Shown: piece by piece, positions 52,612 to 64,000 of the stretch
How positions within the stretch are numbered: position 1 is the first letter of the stretch
How the letters are laid out: each line of letters starts with the position of its first letter
Assembly (NCBI RefSeq): GCF_006345805.1
Contig: NC_043011.1
Span: 38,824,464 to 38,888,463, forward strand
DNA: 64,000 bases
Direction of reading: 5' to 3'
Source: Octopus sinensis
Lineage: Eukaryota
Notes under the pieces: generated by a model
The model's database searches: none
What the model was told of the DNA's origin: nothing
Seen by the model: the letters and a program-made list of their open reading frames with translations, nothing else
Program-made: the position numbers and the translations under genes

Positions 52612-53346
52612 ACTGTCACTCTCTCGGTTACGAAGACAAGACGAGGGTTCCAGTTGATCCGGTGATTTGAGCACTTCACAAAGATGCATATCCTTAACGT
52701 AGTTCTCAGAGAGATTTCAGCGGGACACAGCATGTGGCAAGGCTGGCCCTTTCAATTAGAAGTGGTACTAGATCTTTTCGGTTTGAACGGCAGTTTTTTC
52801 TAGCGGTGTCATATGAAATTGTCACCCATAATTATGACCCTAGTATCGATCTATTGCATTTCAATCTGTTTTAGGGTTAGGTTTAGTTAGGGTTAGGGTT
52901 AGGGGTGGGGGAAGGGTATCTTTTTTTTTCTTCACAAATGTAAATAAACCCAATCTGTTTCTTAAACGAGGGACATATTCATACGACACAGAATGTTTAT
53001 TACCTCAATAGACGTCATTGATTGGTTGAAATTGTAGAAATTGAAGAAAAAACAACAAATATCTTACAAAGCATAGAATTTTCTCAATAAAGCCAAGAGA
53101 AAAAGATGTTTTATAAACACATTCTACCAGTATACGAAGTTTAACATTTTTTAGTTACCTAGATATTATGTTAAAAACTGCCGTTCAAACCGAAAAGATC
53201 CGTGGTACTTATTTTTGCCTGCTGAGCGGACTGGTGCAACATGAAATAAAGTGTCTTTGTCAAAGACCTAACGCACCACCAAGACTCGAACTCTCGACCT
53301 TACGATTGTGAACCGAATATTCTAACCACTAAGCCACGCGCCTTCG
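52612..53346 (-). mobile_element. SINE head family D (third tail type) interrupted by a MITE; uninterrupted relative at 60445-60750(+)
   Basis: Head at 53346; body AAAGGGCCAGCCTTG..CGCTGAA.TCTCTCT.AGAACTAC.TTAAGG..CTCGT..GTAACCGA. Confidence 0.82.
52770..53201. mobile_element. Merlin-like MITE with 28-bp TIRs, an 8-bp TSD and internal TTAGGG repeats
   Basis: GTGGTACT|(A/G)GATCTTTTCGGTTTGAACGGCAGTTTTT...AAAAACTGCCGTTCAAACCGAAAAGATCC|GTGGTACT. The superfamily is inferred from the GG terminus and 8-bp TSD. Confidence 0.88.
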
Positions 53347-54102
53347 CAAAACGAACTGTTAAACGTGTATTAAATATGTAACACTAACTTATTTATTGTT
53401 GACTTTTAGCTTCATACATGTTCTTCTAGAAATTGTTTAGAAGTCATAAGAAGAATTTCATTTACGAATTCAAAATATGAAACGTATGTAGATTGTTCTT
53501 TTAAGGAAATCAATTACTTTCAGTCATTTTCTCTATGAATAAATTCACTGAATTGCTTTCGCAGCAACAGAAAATAAATCCACTCACGAATACATTTAAC
53601 TAAAAAGAAAACAGTGATTCTAATAAATCCTTATTTGCATATTTATTCTAAAAACATTCCGGCAGATTCGAACGCAAATATACCTAACGCTGTTAGTATC
53701 TACATGAGAACAACTTCACCCTTTTGCGACGGCAATATGTTCATAGTATACTCGCCTCATTGGGGCAAGGGATATAAGATTGCACAACAAGGATTGGCAT
53801 GTCTGCGTTCGAATCTTTTGAGACGTATTAATATATATATATATATATATATTGAGGTTATAATAGTGTACTCATAAGGTGTTGGAATCTTACATTGCGT
53901 ATAAACTCTATATTTGGTATGAACAATTTTAAATGCAGTTGGATTTTTCTCATAAGGTATTGGAATCTTACATATATACCATTCTGCCTAAAAAATGGAT
54001 CTACAAATTCAATATCCCTACATATCTATTTTCTTTCCCCCACCTCACTCTCTATTTTGTATCCCACCTAAATTAATTATTATTTAACCATCCTCTCACA
54101 CC

Positions 54103-54154
54103 ATCTCCGATGAAGGGATATAATTAATAAATATCTTGGAAACAGCTGTAAGAC
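54103..54154 (+). ncRNA. Third copy of the CCGAUGA hammerhead family (element ~54020-54215)
   Basis: ATCT-CCGATGA-A-GGGATAT-AATTAATAA-ATATCTT-G-GAAAC-AGCT-GTA-AGAC; same tail as 40862-40918, then (TA)n. Confidence 0.75.
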
Positions 54155-54699
54155 CTTCTATCCATAAATGTTCTAATATCTACTCAGCCTTGGTTTTTTA
54201 TCTCATTACACAAAAAATTCCTTTATATATATATATATATATGCAAGACCTCGTTTGAGACCTCACTGCACACCGTACAAATAACGATTTGTTTTCAGTT
54301 GGCATATATTAGCACTGATCAGAAAAACAATTTGCTGAAATTACAAGCAAAAGCCACCCGCCTTCGTTCAGACACAAAGGTCCATCTGCTTCTAGTGAAC
54401 GAGGCAAAATGTCAAAACACCGGTATCCCAGAATCCCTTATACCAATGAACATCACCGTGTTAAAAGGAAAAGCTGTTTTCCTGCGACGTACACAACAGC
54501 GATTAGCATGTTTGTGTTCGAAGAAGGCTGAAAGTATTAAAAATGAATATACAAGTTATTTTAAAACCTGTATAATTATTATATTTGATGGTATGCAAGA
54601 CAAACTTATTTTTAAAACAATGTCTCAAAAATCCACCACCATCGACGTATTATATGCGAAGTTGGGCCTATATTACTTCTTTTAATGTACTATAAACGT

Positions 54700-54778
54700 T
54701 TATTTCCTGAGTATGCGCTGCTGAAATTGGGGTGCATCTCATATGAATGTGCTGCATTTATGCCATCAAATACGGTGT
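54700..54778 (+). mobile_element. pogo-like DNA transposon 3' terminus
   Basis: GGGGTGCATCTCATAT..GCATTTATGCCATCAAATACGGT resembles pogo-type ends (..AAATACGGTA). Confidence 0.45.
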
Positions 54779-55874
54779 AAAATATTCTCTCATTTGTTTA
54801 ATATTTGTTATTAATTGTTTCGTTGTTGTTGTTTTTTCAGAAGTGTTTCTCAACTTATTTAGTCTAAAATCGACAGTGCATAGACCGAATCAATAAAGCA
54901 GCCGACAGTATGATCTTGCAGTTTTTAGTATTGTAGTGATTCGAAACCTAACGGCTATATATTCGGCTAGGCATCAAGAGCGAGCTACTACAGTTTCAAG
55001 GGATTGGTCTGAAAATCAACCAATCAGCGTGAAGCTGTGGTGTGACTACAATTTAACCTCTTTTCGCTCTTAAAAATCGTTTGGCGCCTACCTCACCAGA
55101 CAGATGACCACTGTCATTCGAGCAGACAGCTACGGACATTTGCGCCGAATACTTCGGATAATCAGACAGACCGATTCTCAACATTCACATGATGTCCCGT
55201 AGATAGCAGTCTACGGAAACAGTGCGGTCTTCTCTACTCCCAGTTAGCAATTGTGTTATTAGCATCTTTCAGTGTACGAAATATCTTGTCCGGCCATTAA
55301 TATTATAGGTAAAAATTTCGTGAGTTTGCCTTAGTTATTATACATTACACATCGCTACTGCAGTACGACACCGACCAGCACGCCACAGCAGTTGGGATAA
55401 AGCCACCCACCGCGACAATGACGACACAGACGTTCACAGCGCATGATCATTGACCATCTCGATATAGACGACCAAGCAACCACGCGACAATATCAACATA
55501 GACACGCACCCACACACACACAGATATATACATACATACAGTTAAGAAAGAGCAATGAATCTACCCAATATCTCTCAATCCACCAATATATCCGCATTAG
55601 CGAGCGTCCACTTGTGTACGTCAGAGTCAGTGAAGTGTGACCATCACAGATAATTAGCAGTGCCACAAACTGTCACCAGATGTGTTGTATTTCATATGCA
55701 CATGACCGATTATTGTGTGCACTATGTTGCAATATATATATATACGTGTGTATTACTATATATATACACATATCTGTATATACATATATATATATATATA
55801 TTATATATATATATATATACATGTATATGTATAGATATATAGATATATAATCATATATAATATATATATTATAT

Positions 55875-55908
<34 letters not shown>

Positions 55909-56299
55909 ATGTATGTTGTATATATATTATATATATATATATATATAATATATATATATATATATAATATATATGCATGTATATGTATAGATATATAATC
56001 ATATCATATATATATATATATATATATCCGAGAGAGAGGCGGGTTGGTCAGGATTTGGGAGAAACGCTATTTAATTAGCACTTTCATCTCTTCAGAAAAA
56101 TTCATCATTTATAGAAAATTCATGTTTTATATACTTGTGAGTTGGCTGAAAAAATATGGAGGTGAATTGGGAAGAGAATGTTCTTTGATATTTTTAAGCT
56201 ATATGTATGTTTTTTTAGATATATATACGTATATGTATAAACGTGTTGGTTTGTATGTGTGTATAAGTATGTGTGGGGTGAATTTTTGGAGGCTTGGTT

Positions 56300-56831
56300 A
56301 GCGAGAGAAAAAAGAAAAACAAAGAAAAGAAAGAAAGAAAGAAAGAAAGAGAAAGAAAAGAGAAAGAAGGGAAAAGAGGAAGAAAAGAAAGACGAGAGAA
56401 AGAACAGAGAGAGAAAGAAAGAAACAGAGATGAGGGTGGGAGAGAAAGAAAGAACAAACAAACAAACAAAGAGAGGAAAGAAAAGAAAGAGAAAGAAGAC
56501 AAAACAAAAAACAACGAGGAGAAGAAAAGAGAAAAGAAGAAACAAACAAACAAACCAACAACACAAGAACAAAGAAGAGAAGGAAGGAAAGAGAAAACAA
56601 AGAAGAAAGAAAGAAAGAAAGAGAAAGAAAGAAAAGAGAAAGAAAGAAAGAAAGAACAGAGAGAGAAAGAAGAAACAGAGAGAGGGTGGGAGAGAAAGAA
56701 AGAAACAAACAAACAAACAAAGAGAGAAAGAAAGAAAGAAACAAACAAACAAACAAAGAGAGAAAGAAAGAAAGAAACAAACAAACAAACAAACAAACAA
56801 GCAAACAAAGAGAGAAGGAAGGAAGGAAGGA

Positions 56832-56875
<44 letters not shown>

Positions 56876-56876
56876 A
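56300..56876. repeat. (AAAG)n/(AAAC)n polypurine compound repeat
   Basis: Direct reading; it explains the long K/E/R and F/L/S ORFs. Confidence 0.95.
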
Positions 56877-57092
56877 ATCCATTTCTCAGATGGTTGAAAT
56901 GTCATTATATATTTCGTCATTTGTCACGTTACCCAGCTGCAGAAAGGGATCTTATAAAATGGTTAAAATTAATGACAGTTCAAAAGTCATCTTTTTTTTC
57001 TTTTTTAGTCGTTGTGCTTTTGGTCAGTTGTCATATTACACAGTTTTAGAAAATAGAATTTATCAAATTGTTTTGATAGAGTATATGTATAC

Positions 57093-57235
57093 CTGCGTGG
57101 TAAGTACCTTACGTACCAGCCACATGGTTCCGGCTTCAATCCCACTGCATGGCATCTTGGGCAAGTGTCTTCTACTATAGCCTCAGGCCGACTTTGTGAG
57201 TGGATTTGGTAGACGGAAAATGAAAGAAGCCCGCC

Positions 57236-57301
<66 letters not shown>

Positions 57302-57419
57302 TAGCCTGCTCGCTTAGCCAGCGGGGTGGCGTCATTTGAAGGCTAATACAATGCGAAGCGCATTGTGACCAGCGATGTGTAGCAACATCTGATAGCCTGG
57401 TCGGTCACGTGATCACGTG

Positions 57420-57461
<42 letters not shown>

Positions 57462-57665
57462 ATATGCTTGTGTGTCTTTCCTCTACCCCCATCGCTTGAT
57501 AACTGATGTTGGTGTGCTTACGTCCCTGTAACTTAGCGGTTCGGCAAAAAAGACCGATAGAATAAGTACCCGGCTTACAAAGAATAAAGTCATGGGGTCG
57601 ATTTGCTCGACTAAAAGCGGTGCTCCAACATGGCCACAGTCAAATGACTGAAACAAATAAAAGAA
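57093..57665 (+). mobile_element. SINE family A with another SINE tail (57302-57421) nested in its internal microsatellite
   Basis: A 5' half, (TA/TG)n, tail of the same type as 40240-40359, (TA/TG)n, then A 3' half. Confidence 0.88.
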
Positions 57666-58175
57666 TACAACGAAAAAAGGCCACGCGACCGCAACACGGC
57701 CGAATATGGGGGAGCGCAAAAGAAAATGAAAATGTCCTGTAGGACTGGAGACAAGAAAGCAGCAGATAGAAAATAAGAACAAAAAATTAAGGAAACGAAC
57801 AGTGAAGAAAAAGTGTAGGAGCAGAGAGAAACGGGCTAGTAGGAAGGGGGAGAAAGAGTGGTGGAGGGCAGAGGGACGGAAGCAACACAGAGGAAAGTGA
57901 TAGAGAGAAAGAGAGAGAAAGATAAATGGAGGAAAGCAAATATGAAATGAAGTGTTTTGCTCAAGAACGCTACGCACCGTCCTGTTCGGGAATCGAAACC
58001 ACAATATAGCGAGCGTAAATGCCATACCCTAATCTACTGGCAAATTGATACGACTATAATTTTCATAATCAAAAAGAGTTAAAAACAGAAGATAATTTGA
58101 AAAAGTTAGGAATTATTTTCTTATGCTAATCTAAATAAATAAAAAAAACTTTTACTTTGTAGACAAGGGATAACT

Positions 58176-58214
58176 TTGGATATGTTTCGGTCTACTCGAC
58201 CTCATCAGCATAAG
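58176..58214 (-). ncRNA. Minimal type-I hammerhead ribozyme with a canonical core
   Basis: CTT(A)TG-CTGATGA-GGTC-GAGTA-GACC-GAAA-CATA-TC-CAAAG. Confidence 0.8.
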
Positions 58215-58559
58215 AGAGTGTAACTAAATTTTCAGATCAGTGATTAGATTTTAACACGTAAGAAAAAATGTTACGAATACTTTTGATCAGAAAAATTTGC
58301 ATTATTAAAGCTGAAGGAATTAATTGTAATAGGCCAATGAATAATTTGAGTTATTTCCCTTAACAAATCCTTTATTTTAACATCTTCGTGACTTTATCGA
58401 TTACACTCGTAAAACATGACAATAAGAGATGAGGACTGAATAATAAAAACATGAAAAAAGAATACAAACAAAATAACGCAAAGAACACAGCTAAATGACT
58501 TAAACGACTATGCCTTTTTAATTTTAAAGGAACAGTCAATAAATTATTTTCACTAAAAT

Positions 58560-58856
58560 ACGAACAAAATGGCGGCGAAACACTACCATTTGTACACGAC
58601 AGCAATCTTTCGGCCATTTTGTTGTTTAGTTTACATGTATTTTTTCTTTCACTTGTTTTCTTTTTCCTTGTAGAATTTTACTTTTGCTTTCTGCATCCAA
58701 ATCTATTGCTTGGGTCGTTTAACCGACATCACTTTGGCCGACTGGACAACACCAAGCTGCTAAAGCTAATAAAACTTGTTAGATTTTATCTCTGTTTTAT
58801 TTCAATTCGGACCATTTAACATGGTCGAAAAGAAAACTCCGCCAACATATAACCAG
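58560..58856 (+). promoter_or_regulatory. Candidate gene start: YY1-type motif and short first coding exon MVEKKTPPTYNQ (58821-58856)
   Basis: AAAATGGCGGC at ~58566 with an opposed GCCATTTT at ~58614; ATG..CAG|GTATTT donor; acceptor-like TTTTTCCTTGTAG at ~58673. Confidence 0.3.
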
Positions 58857-59344
58857 GTATTTTCTTATTTTCTCTTCTTTCTATGCTTGTTTTTTTCTTT
58901 ATATTTATTTCTTGTTTTCCTTCGGTTTTATTCGTTGGCGTTTTATGTTTTGTTGAGGCGGAGGTGGGGGGGGGGGCTTTTAACCAGCAGAGAATCGTAT
59001 CATAAAAATAAATGACACGTAATTTTTATAACCCTCTACTTTTCGTGACAAAATTTTCCCCAAACTTTCAATTTTTTTAACCTTACACCAAAGAGAAAAA
59101 AGAAAAGAAAACCAGACAAAAAACAAACAAAATAAATTATCTGTTTACCATATAAATTATTCGGCTTTTCGTTTTAATGTGAACGCTCAATAACATTCAA
59201 AATAAAATAAGACACTAGAAGACTCTAACGAGAAAACAATGGAGGGAAACTTTATTTTAAAAACAAAATTTCGTCTTGTCGGTAAATCATTTAATTTAAA
59301 TTTCCCTTTCTAATCAAACATGCAAAATTTACCTAAAGTAAAAG

Positions 59345-59640
59345 AATCACATGAGACCATAAAATGCAGAAGGTGTCCTTATAATGGTTAACTTTCAGGG
59401 TTCGTCTTGGCGAGAGATCGTTTATTTTATATTTCTGCTTCTGATCAAATCTATAAAATTTATTCCACCAAAAATAATATAATCACCTGAAATTATAAAA
59501 TGCAGACAGGGTCCTTATTATGGATAACTTTCAGGGTTCGTCTTGTCGAAAGATTTTCTTCTATTCTATATTTCTGTTTCTTTGCAAAAATGATTCACAT
59601 GAAATCATAAAATGCTGGCGGAGTCCTTATCATGGTCAGC
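59345..59640. repeat. Diverged minisatellite, about 2.4 copies (starts ~59345, 59481, 59593)
   Basis: TCAC.TGA...ATAAAATGC.G....GTCCTTAT.ATGG..AACTTTCAGGGTTCGTCTTG is repeated. Confidence 0.8.
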
Positions 59641-59947
59641 GTTCTTAATTGGTGATTATAAAGGCCTCAACTTGACATTAAAATAAAGTTGTTGTTCTTG
59701 TTGTTGTAGATTTTATTTGTTTATTCATTTATTTATTTGTCATGAAGAACAATGAAGACATTGCCGCATTGCAGGTAATTGCCTAATCGATCTTGGAATA
59801 AACGCAAACAGAAAACAAAGAATACAACCGTCGTTTGGATTTAGAATAATTTGATAGTAGGAACCATGCTTTTCATAAATGGTTTAGGTACCCATACAGT
59901 CGCAAGCGAATTGGCAAATTAGCTAAAACAAAATAGCTAATTCAAAA

Positions 59948-60351
59948 GGCAGAAACGTTAGGATGCCGGGCGAAATGCTTAGTGGTATTTCGTTTGCCGC
60001 TACGTTCTGAGTTCAAATTCTGCCGCGGTCAACTTTGTCTTTCATCTTTTCGGGGTCGATTAAATAAGTACCAGTTACGCACTGGGGTCGATATAATCGA
60101 CTTAATCCGTTTGTCTGTCCTTGTTTGTCCTCTCTGTGTTTAGCCCCTTGTGGATAGTAAAGAAATAGGTATTTCGTCTGCCGCTACGTTCTGAGTTCAG
60201 ATTCCGCCGAGGTCAACTTTGCCTTTCATCCTTTCGGGGTCGATTAAATAAGTACCAGTCACGCACTAGAGTCGATATAATTGACTTAATCCGTTTGTCT
60301 GCCCTTGTTTGTCCCTTCTGTGTGTAGCCCCTAGTGGGCAGTAAAGAAATA
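59948..60351 (+). repeat. SINE B1 dimer (units at 59984 and 60168)
   Basis: 184-bp period with the AAGAAATA|GGTATTTCG junction. Confidence 0.92.
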
Positions 60352-60909
60352 AAATAGTTAAAACATCAGATAAAACGAGGCGTGGTCTTTGCTTCGGAAC
60401 CCTATACTGTGACTTCAAATCACGATGGGAATAACTTCACCTTTGACTTAGCAGTTAGGGTAATTGTCTCATGATCGTATAGTCGTATGTTCGATTCCAA
60501 GTGACACATTGTGGTCTTGAGCAACACACATTATTTCAAATTTCTCTACTTTATTCAGCTGGCAAAAATGGATCGTACCTGTAATTCAAAGGGCCGACTC
60601 TGTCACATTCTGCGTCACGCTGAATCTCTCTAAGAACTACTTTAAGGGTTACGTGTGTGTCTGTAGAGTACTCAGCCACTACCACGTTAATTTCAGATGT
60701 TCTGCTGATCGGATCATCTGGGACACTCGTGGTTGTAACCGACGGAGTATCTGTTTGTCAAAAAATGTTTGTCGACAAAAGAGAATACTCAACAAACTCA
60801 ACACACGATATGGGTTTTTATTGTTTATTTTAATCGAATTCCTACCTTCCTCCCAACTCGAGTTTCACGCCACAACAATCGTGTGTACGTGTCTTAAGCT
60901 GATGAATAC

Positions 60910-61436
60910 TTCTTTCTACTCTAGGCACAAGGCCTGACATTTTGGAGGGGAGGAAACTAGTCGATTACATCGATCCCTCAGTGTTTCACTGGTACTTATT
61001 TTACCGACCACGAAATGATGAAAGGCAAAGTCGACCTCGGCGGAATTTGAATTCAGAACATAGCGACGGGCAAAATACATATGTCTTTACTACCCACAAG
61101 GGGCTAAACACAGATAGGACAAACAAGGACAGAGAAACGGATTAAGTCGATTATATCGACCCCGGGACTTATTCTTTGTAAGCCTAGTACTTATTCTATC
61201 GGTCCTTTTGCCGAACCGCTAAGTTACGGTGACGTTAAACACACCAGCATCGGTTGTCAAGCGATGTTTGGGGTTACAAACACAGACACACAAGCACACA
61301 CACACACACATACACACAGACAGCCACACACACACAGACACACATATATATTATATGACGTCACACACACACAACCCACAACACACATATATATATTATA
61401 TATATTATATATATATATATATATGTATATATTTAT

Positions 61437-61478
<42 letters not shown>

Positions 61479-61625
61479 TATATACAACGGGCTACCAAAT
61501 CCACTCAAGGCTTTGGTCGGCCCGAAGCTATAGTAGAACAACACTTGCCCAAGGTACCACGCAGTGGGACTGAACCCAGAACCATTTGGGTTGGTAAGCA
61601 AGCTACTTACCACACAGCCACTCCT
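60910..61625 (-). mobile_element. Chimeric SINE: family A head and body, B1 tail, then a B2 unit
   Basis: A-to-B switch at the shared GGGGTCGAT (~61160); B1-to-B2 joint at ~61080 at the usual GTATTT position. Confidence 0.82.
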
Positions 61626-63389
61626 GAAAAATAATTTAATAATAAATCTCCAAATGCACGATGACTAGCGAGAATCAAAATGATGAATTACAAATTCGAT
61701 TGCAATACGTTCCGCTAGATTCGAGCTTGAATATTTCTAATCGCATCTCGTCCGTGGAAAACAATTTCTCCATTGTTCTTTTAACTTATAGAGACACGAA
61801 TACGTGCGCACATGCAAACACGCGCGTAAACTCACACACACGCATGCACACGCGTGCGCGTGCGCACACACAACCACACAAACACTCACACACAGGCACG
61901 CACACACACACACTCATTAATGCACGCTCAATCACACTCACATATTTACTCATACGAACACACGCATGCAGAAATACATACACACACTCAGGCACATGCA
62001 CACGCTTACACACATACATACACACACACTTACACACACACACACAAATACGCAAGCATACTCACGCACAAATGCACACACACACACGCACACACAAACA
62101 TGCAAACATACTCACGCACAGACAAACACATACACACACACACATGTGCATATACACACGCTCACACACACAGACGAACATGCAAGCACACTCACACACG
62201 AACACACTGACACACACACATACACACACAGACACTTACACACACACATAAACGTGCAAACACACTCATACAGGCAAACACTTACGCACAAACACATACA
62301 TACATACACACACACTTAGACACATACATTTCCAGACACACACACAACCAAACATGCAAGCACACTCACACACACACATACTCACTTATGCACACACACA
62401 TACACACATAGACACTTACACACACACGCACACGCACACGCACAAAAAAACGTGCAAACACACTCACGTACAGACAAACATTTACACACGCACACACATA
62501 CACACATACATACATATATATATACACTTACACACATATACTTACACACACACACACACACACACACACAAGCATGCAGGCATACTCACGCACAGCCTGA
62601 ATGTATGGATCTTTCGACAAATGGCTACCTACATTTCATTGCTCTGCTCTCTGATGCCTGACTTGGAGCCGCTCTTCTATCTACCACCGCTACCCAATCG
62701 AGGAATACGTTAACGAGCTACCTTAAACCGTGTGAATTAATATTATGTTATGTAATATTCAAGCTTTTCGCACTAATTACCAAATTAATTGCCAAAAAGT
62801 TTGAATGTTGAAAGCTTAAAAACAAAATCGATATATTTTAAATGCATTTTGATGTAAAATTGATGACAATGATAAAAAAATTTATATATGGACTAACGTA
62901 AAATAATAAAATTCTCAGAAATTTAAGTGAGCCAAAAGTATTTACACATATTTTATTTTTCTTAAGCCCTAGGATACATAGAACCATTTACCTGATTTCC
63001 ATCGCGAATAACCCGTCCGCATTTAAGCTAATTATGGATTGGACTGGTTTGAATTTCCTATGTTCAATCCACTCCAGAATGAGGGTCTCAGCATGTTCTC
63101 TCCAGCAACCACGGTCCCGTATGGAGGCCGTGAATCTGAGCTTGAGATCACACTGGTTTGATGAGCTTACTCTGGCGCAACGGCTCGATATAGCTTGGCA
63201 GAAGGGTGCAGTTTTAAGTCTATTACCTCGACCAGTGTTCAACTGGTATTTATTTTATCGACCCTGAAAATATGAAAGCAATGTCAGCAGAATTTGAACT
63301 CAGACCGTAAGGACTGGTGCATTACTGTTAAGCATTTCACCCGGCCTTCTGACGATTCTATCTGATCGCTACCCAAAGCTGGTTATATC

Positions 63390-63986
63390 TATTTCTTTAC
63401 TACCCACAAGGGGCTAAACACAGAGAGAACAAACAAGAACAGACAAACGGATTAAGACGGTTATATCGACCCCAGTGAGTAACTGGTACTTATTTAATCG
63501 ACCTTGAAAGAATGAAAGGCAAAGTCGACCTCAGCGGAATTTGAACTCAGAACGTAGCGGCAGACGAAATACCTATTTCTTTACTACCCACAAGGGGCTA
63601 AACACGGAGAGGACAAACAAGAACAGACAAATGGATTAAGACGGTTATATCGACCCCAGTGAGTAACTGGTACTTATTTAATCGACCTCGGAAGGATGAA
63701 AGGCAAAGTCGATCTCAGCGGAATTTGAACTCAGAACGTAGCGGCAGACGAAATACCTATTTCTTTATTACCCACAAGGGGCTAAACACAGAGAGGACAA
63801 ACAAGGACAGACAAACGGATTAAGTCGGTTATATCGACGCCAGTGAGTAACTGGTACTTATTTAATCGACCTCGAAAGGATGAAAGACAAAGTCGACCTT
63901 AGCGGAATTTGAACTCAGAACGTAGCGGCAGACGAAATACCGCTAAGCATTTCGCCCGGCGTGCTAACGTTTCTGCCAGCTCACCT
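63390..63986 (-). repeat. SINE B1 array: head plus three 184-bp units
   Basis: Units 63390-63573, 63574-63757 and 63758-63941; TSD AAGCTGGTTATA at 63376 and 63989. Confidence 0.94.
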
Positions 63987-64000
63987 ATAAGCTGGTTATA

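Noticed and set aside
52871-52904. Telomere or chromosome-fusion relic
   Set aside because: The TTAGGG repeats are internal to a TIR- and TSD-bounded MITE.
56120-57180. Longest ORFs in the track (up to 266 aa)
   Set aside because: They are translations of (AAAG)n/(AAAC)n and are open in several frames on both strands. The same applies to the YI, CV, HT and poly-I/L/Y ORFs elsewhere.
62988-63200. GC-richer stretch with a minus-strand CAG|GTAAAT donor
   Set aside because: No clear acceptor or recognisable peptide in any frame, so it cannot be supported as an exon without expression data.

Overview
AT-rich, microsatellite-saturated animal DNA. The SINE families present point to an octopus genome (inferred from repeat content only). 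There is a 100-N gap at 8635-8734 and no intact protein-coding gene: almost all long ORFs in the track are microsatellite translations. The window is a nested mosaic of decayed transposons: three mariner remnants, a Tc1 5' end, a hAT (Buster/SPIN, GTF2IRD2-like) transposase pseudogene, Helitrons and a Helentron end, a Merlin-like MITE, R4/Dong-type retrotransposon fragments in (TAA)n, a Tx1/L1 RT relic, a Penelope-like GIY-YIG fragment and at least four modular tRNA-derived SINE families. Three results stand out. (1) About ten minimal type-I hammerhead-ribozyme motifs from about seven unrelated sequence families occur here, several in head-to-head palindromes or on top of long rod-like stems next to (TA)n, including a ~364-bp retrozyme-like unit at 38383-38831. 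(2) A Nin-domain-like SINE has target duplications that start with GGTAT, a motif it also contains, and it forms 184-bp arrays joined exactly at that motif. (3) A Helitron carries a copy of its own 3' flank. Weak first-exon candidates lie near 49.0 kb (-) and 58.6-59.8 kb (+). Coordinates were read by eye, and ends of decayed elements are approximate.
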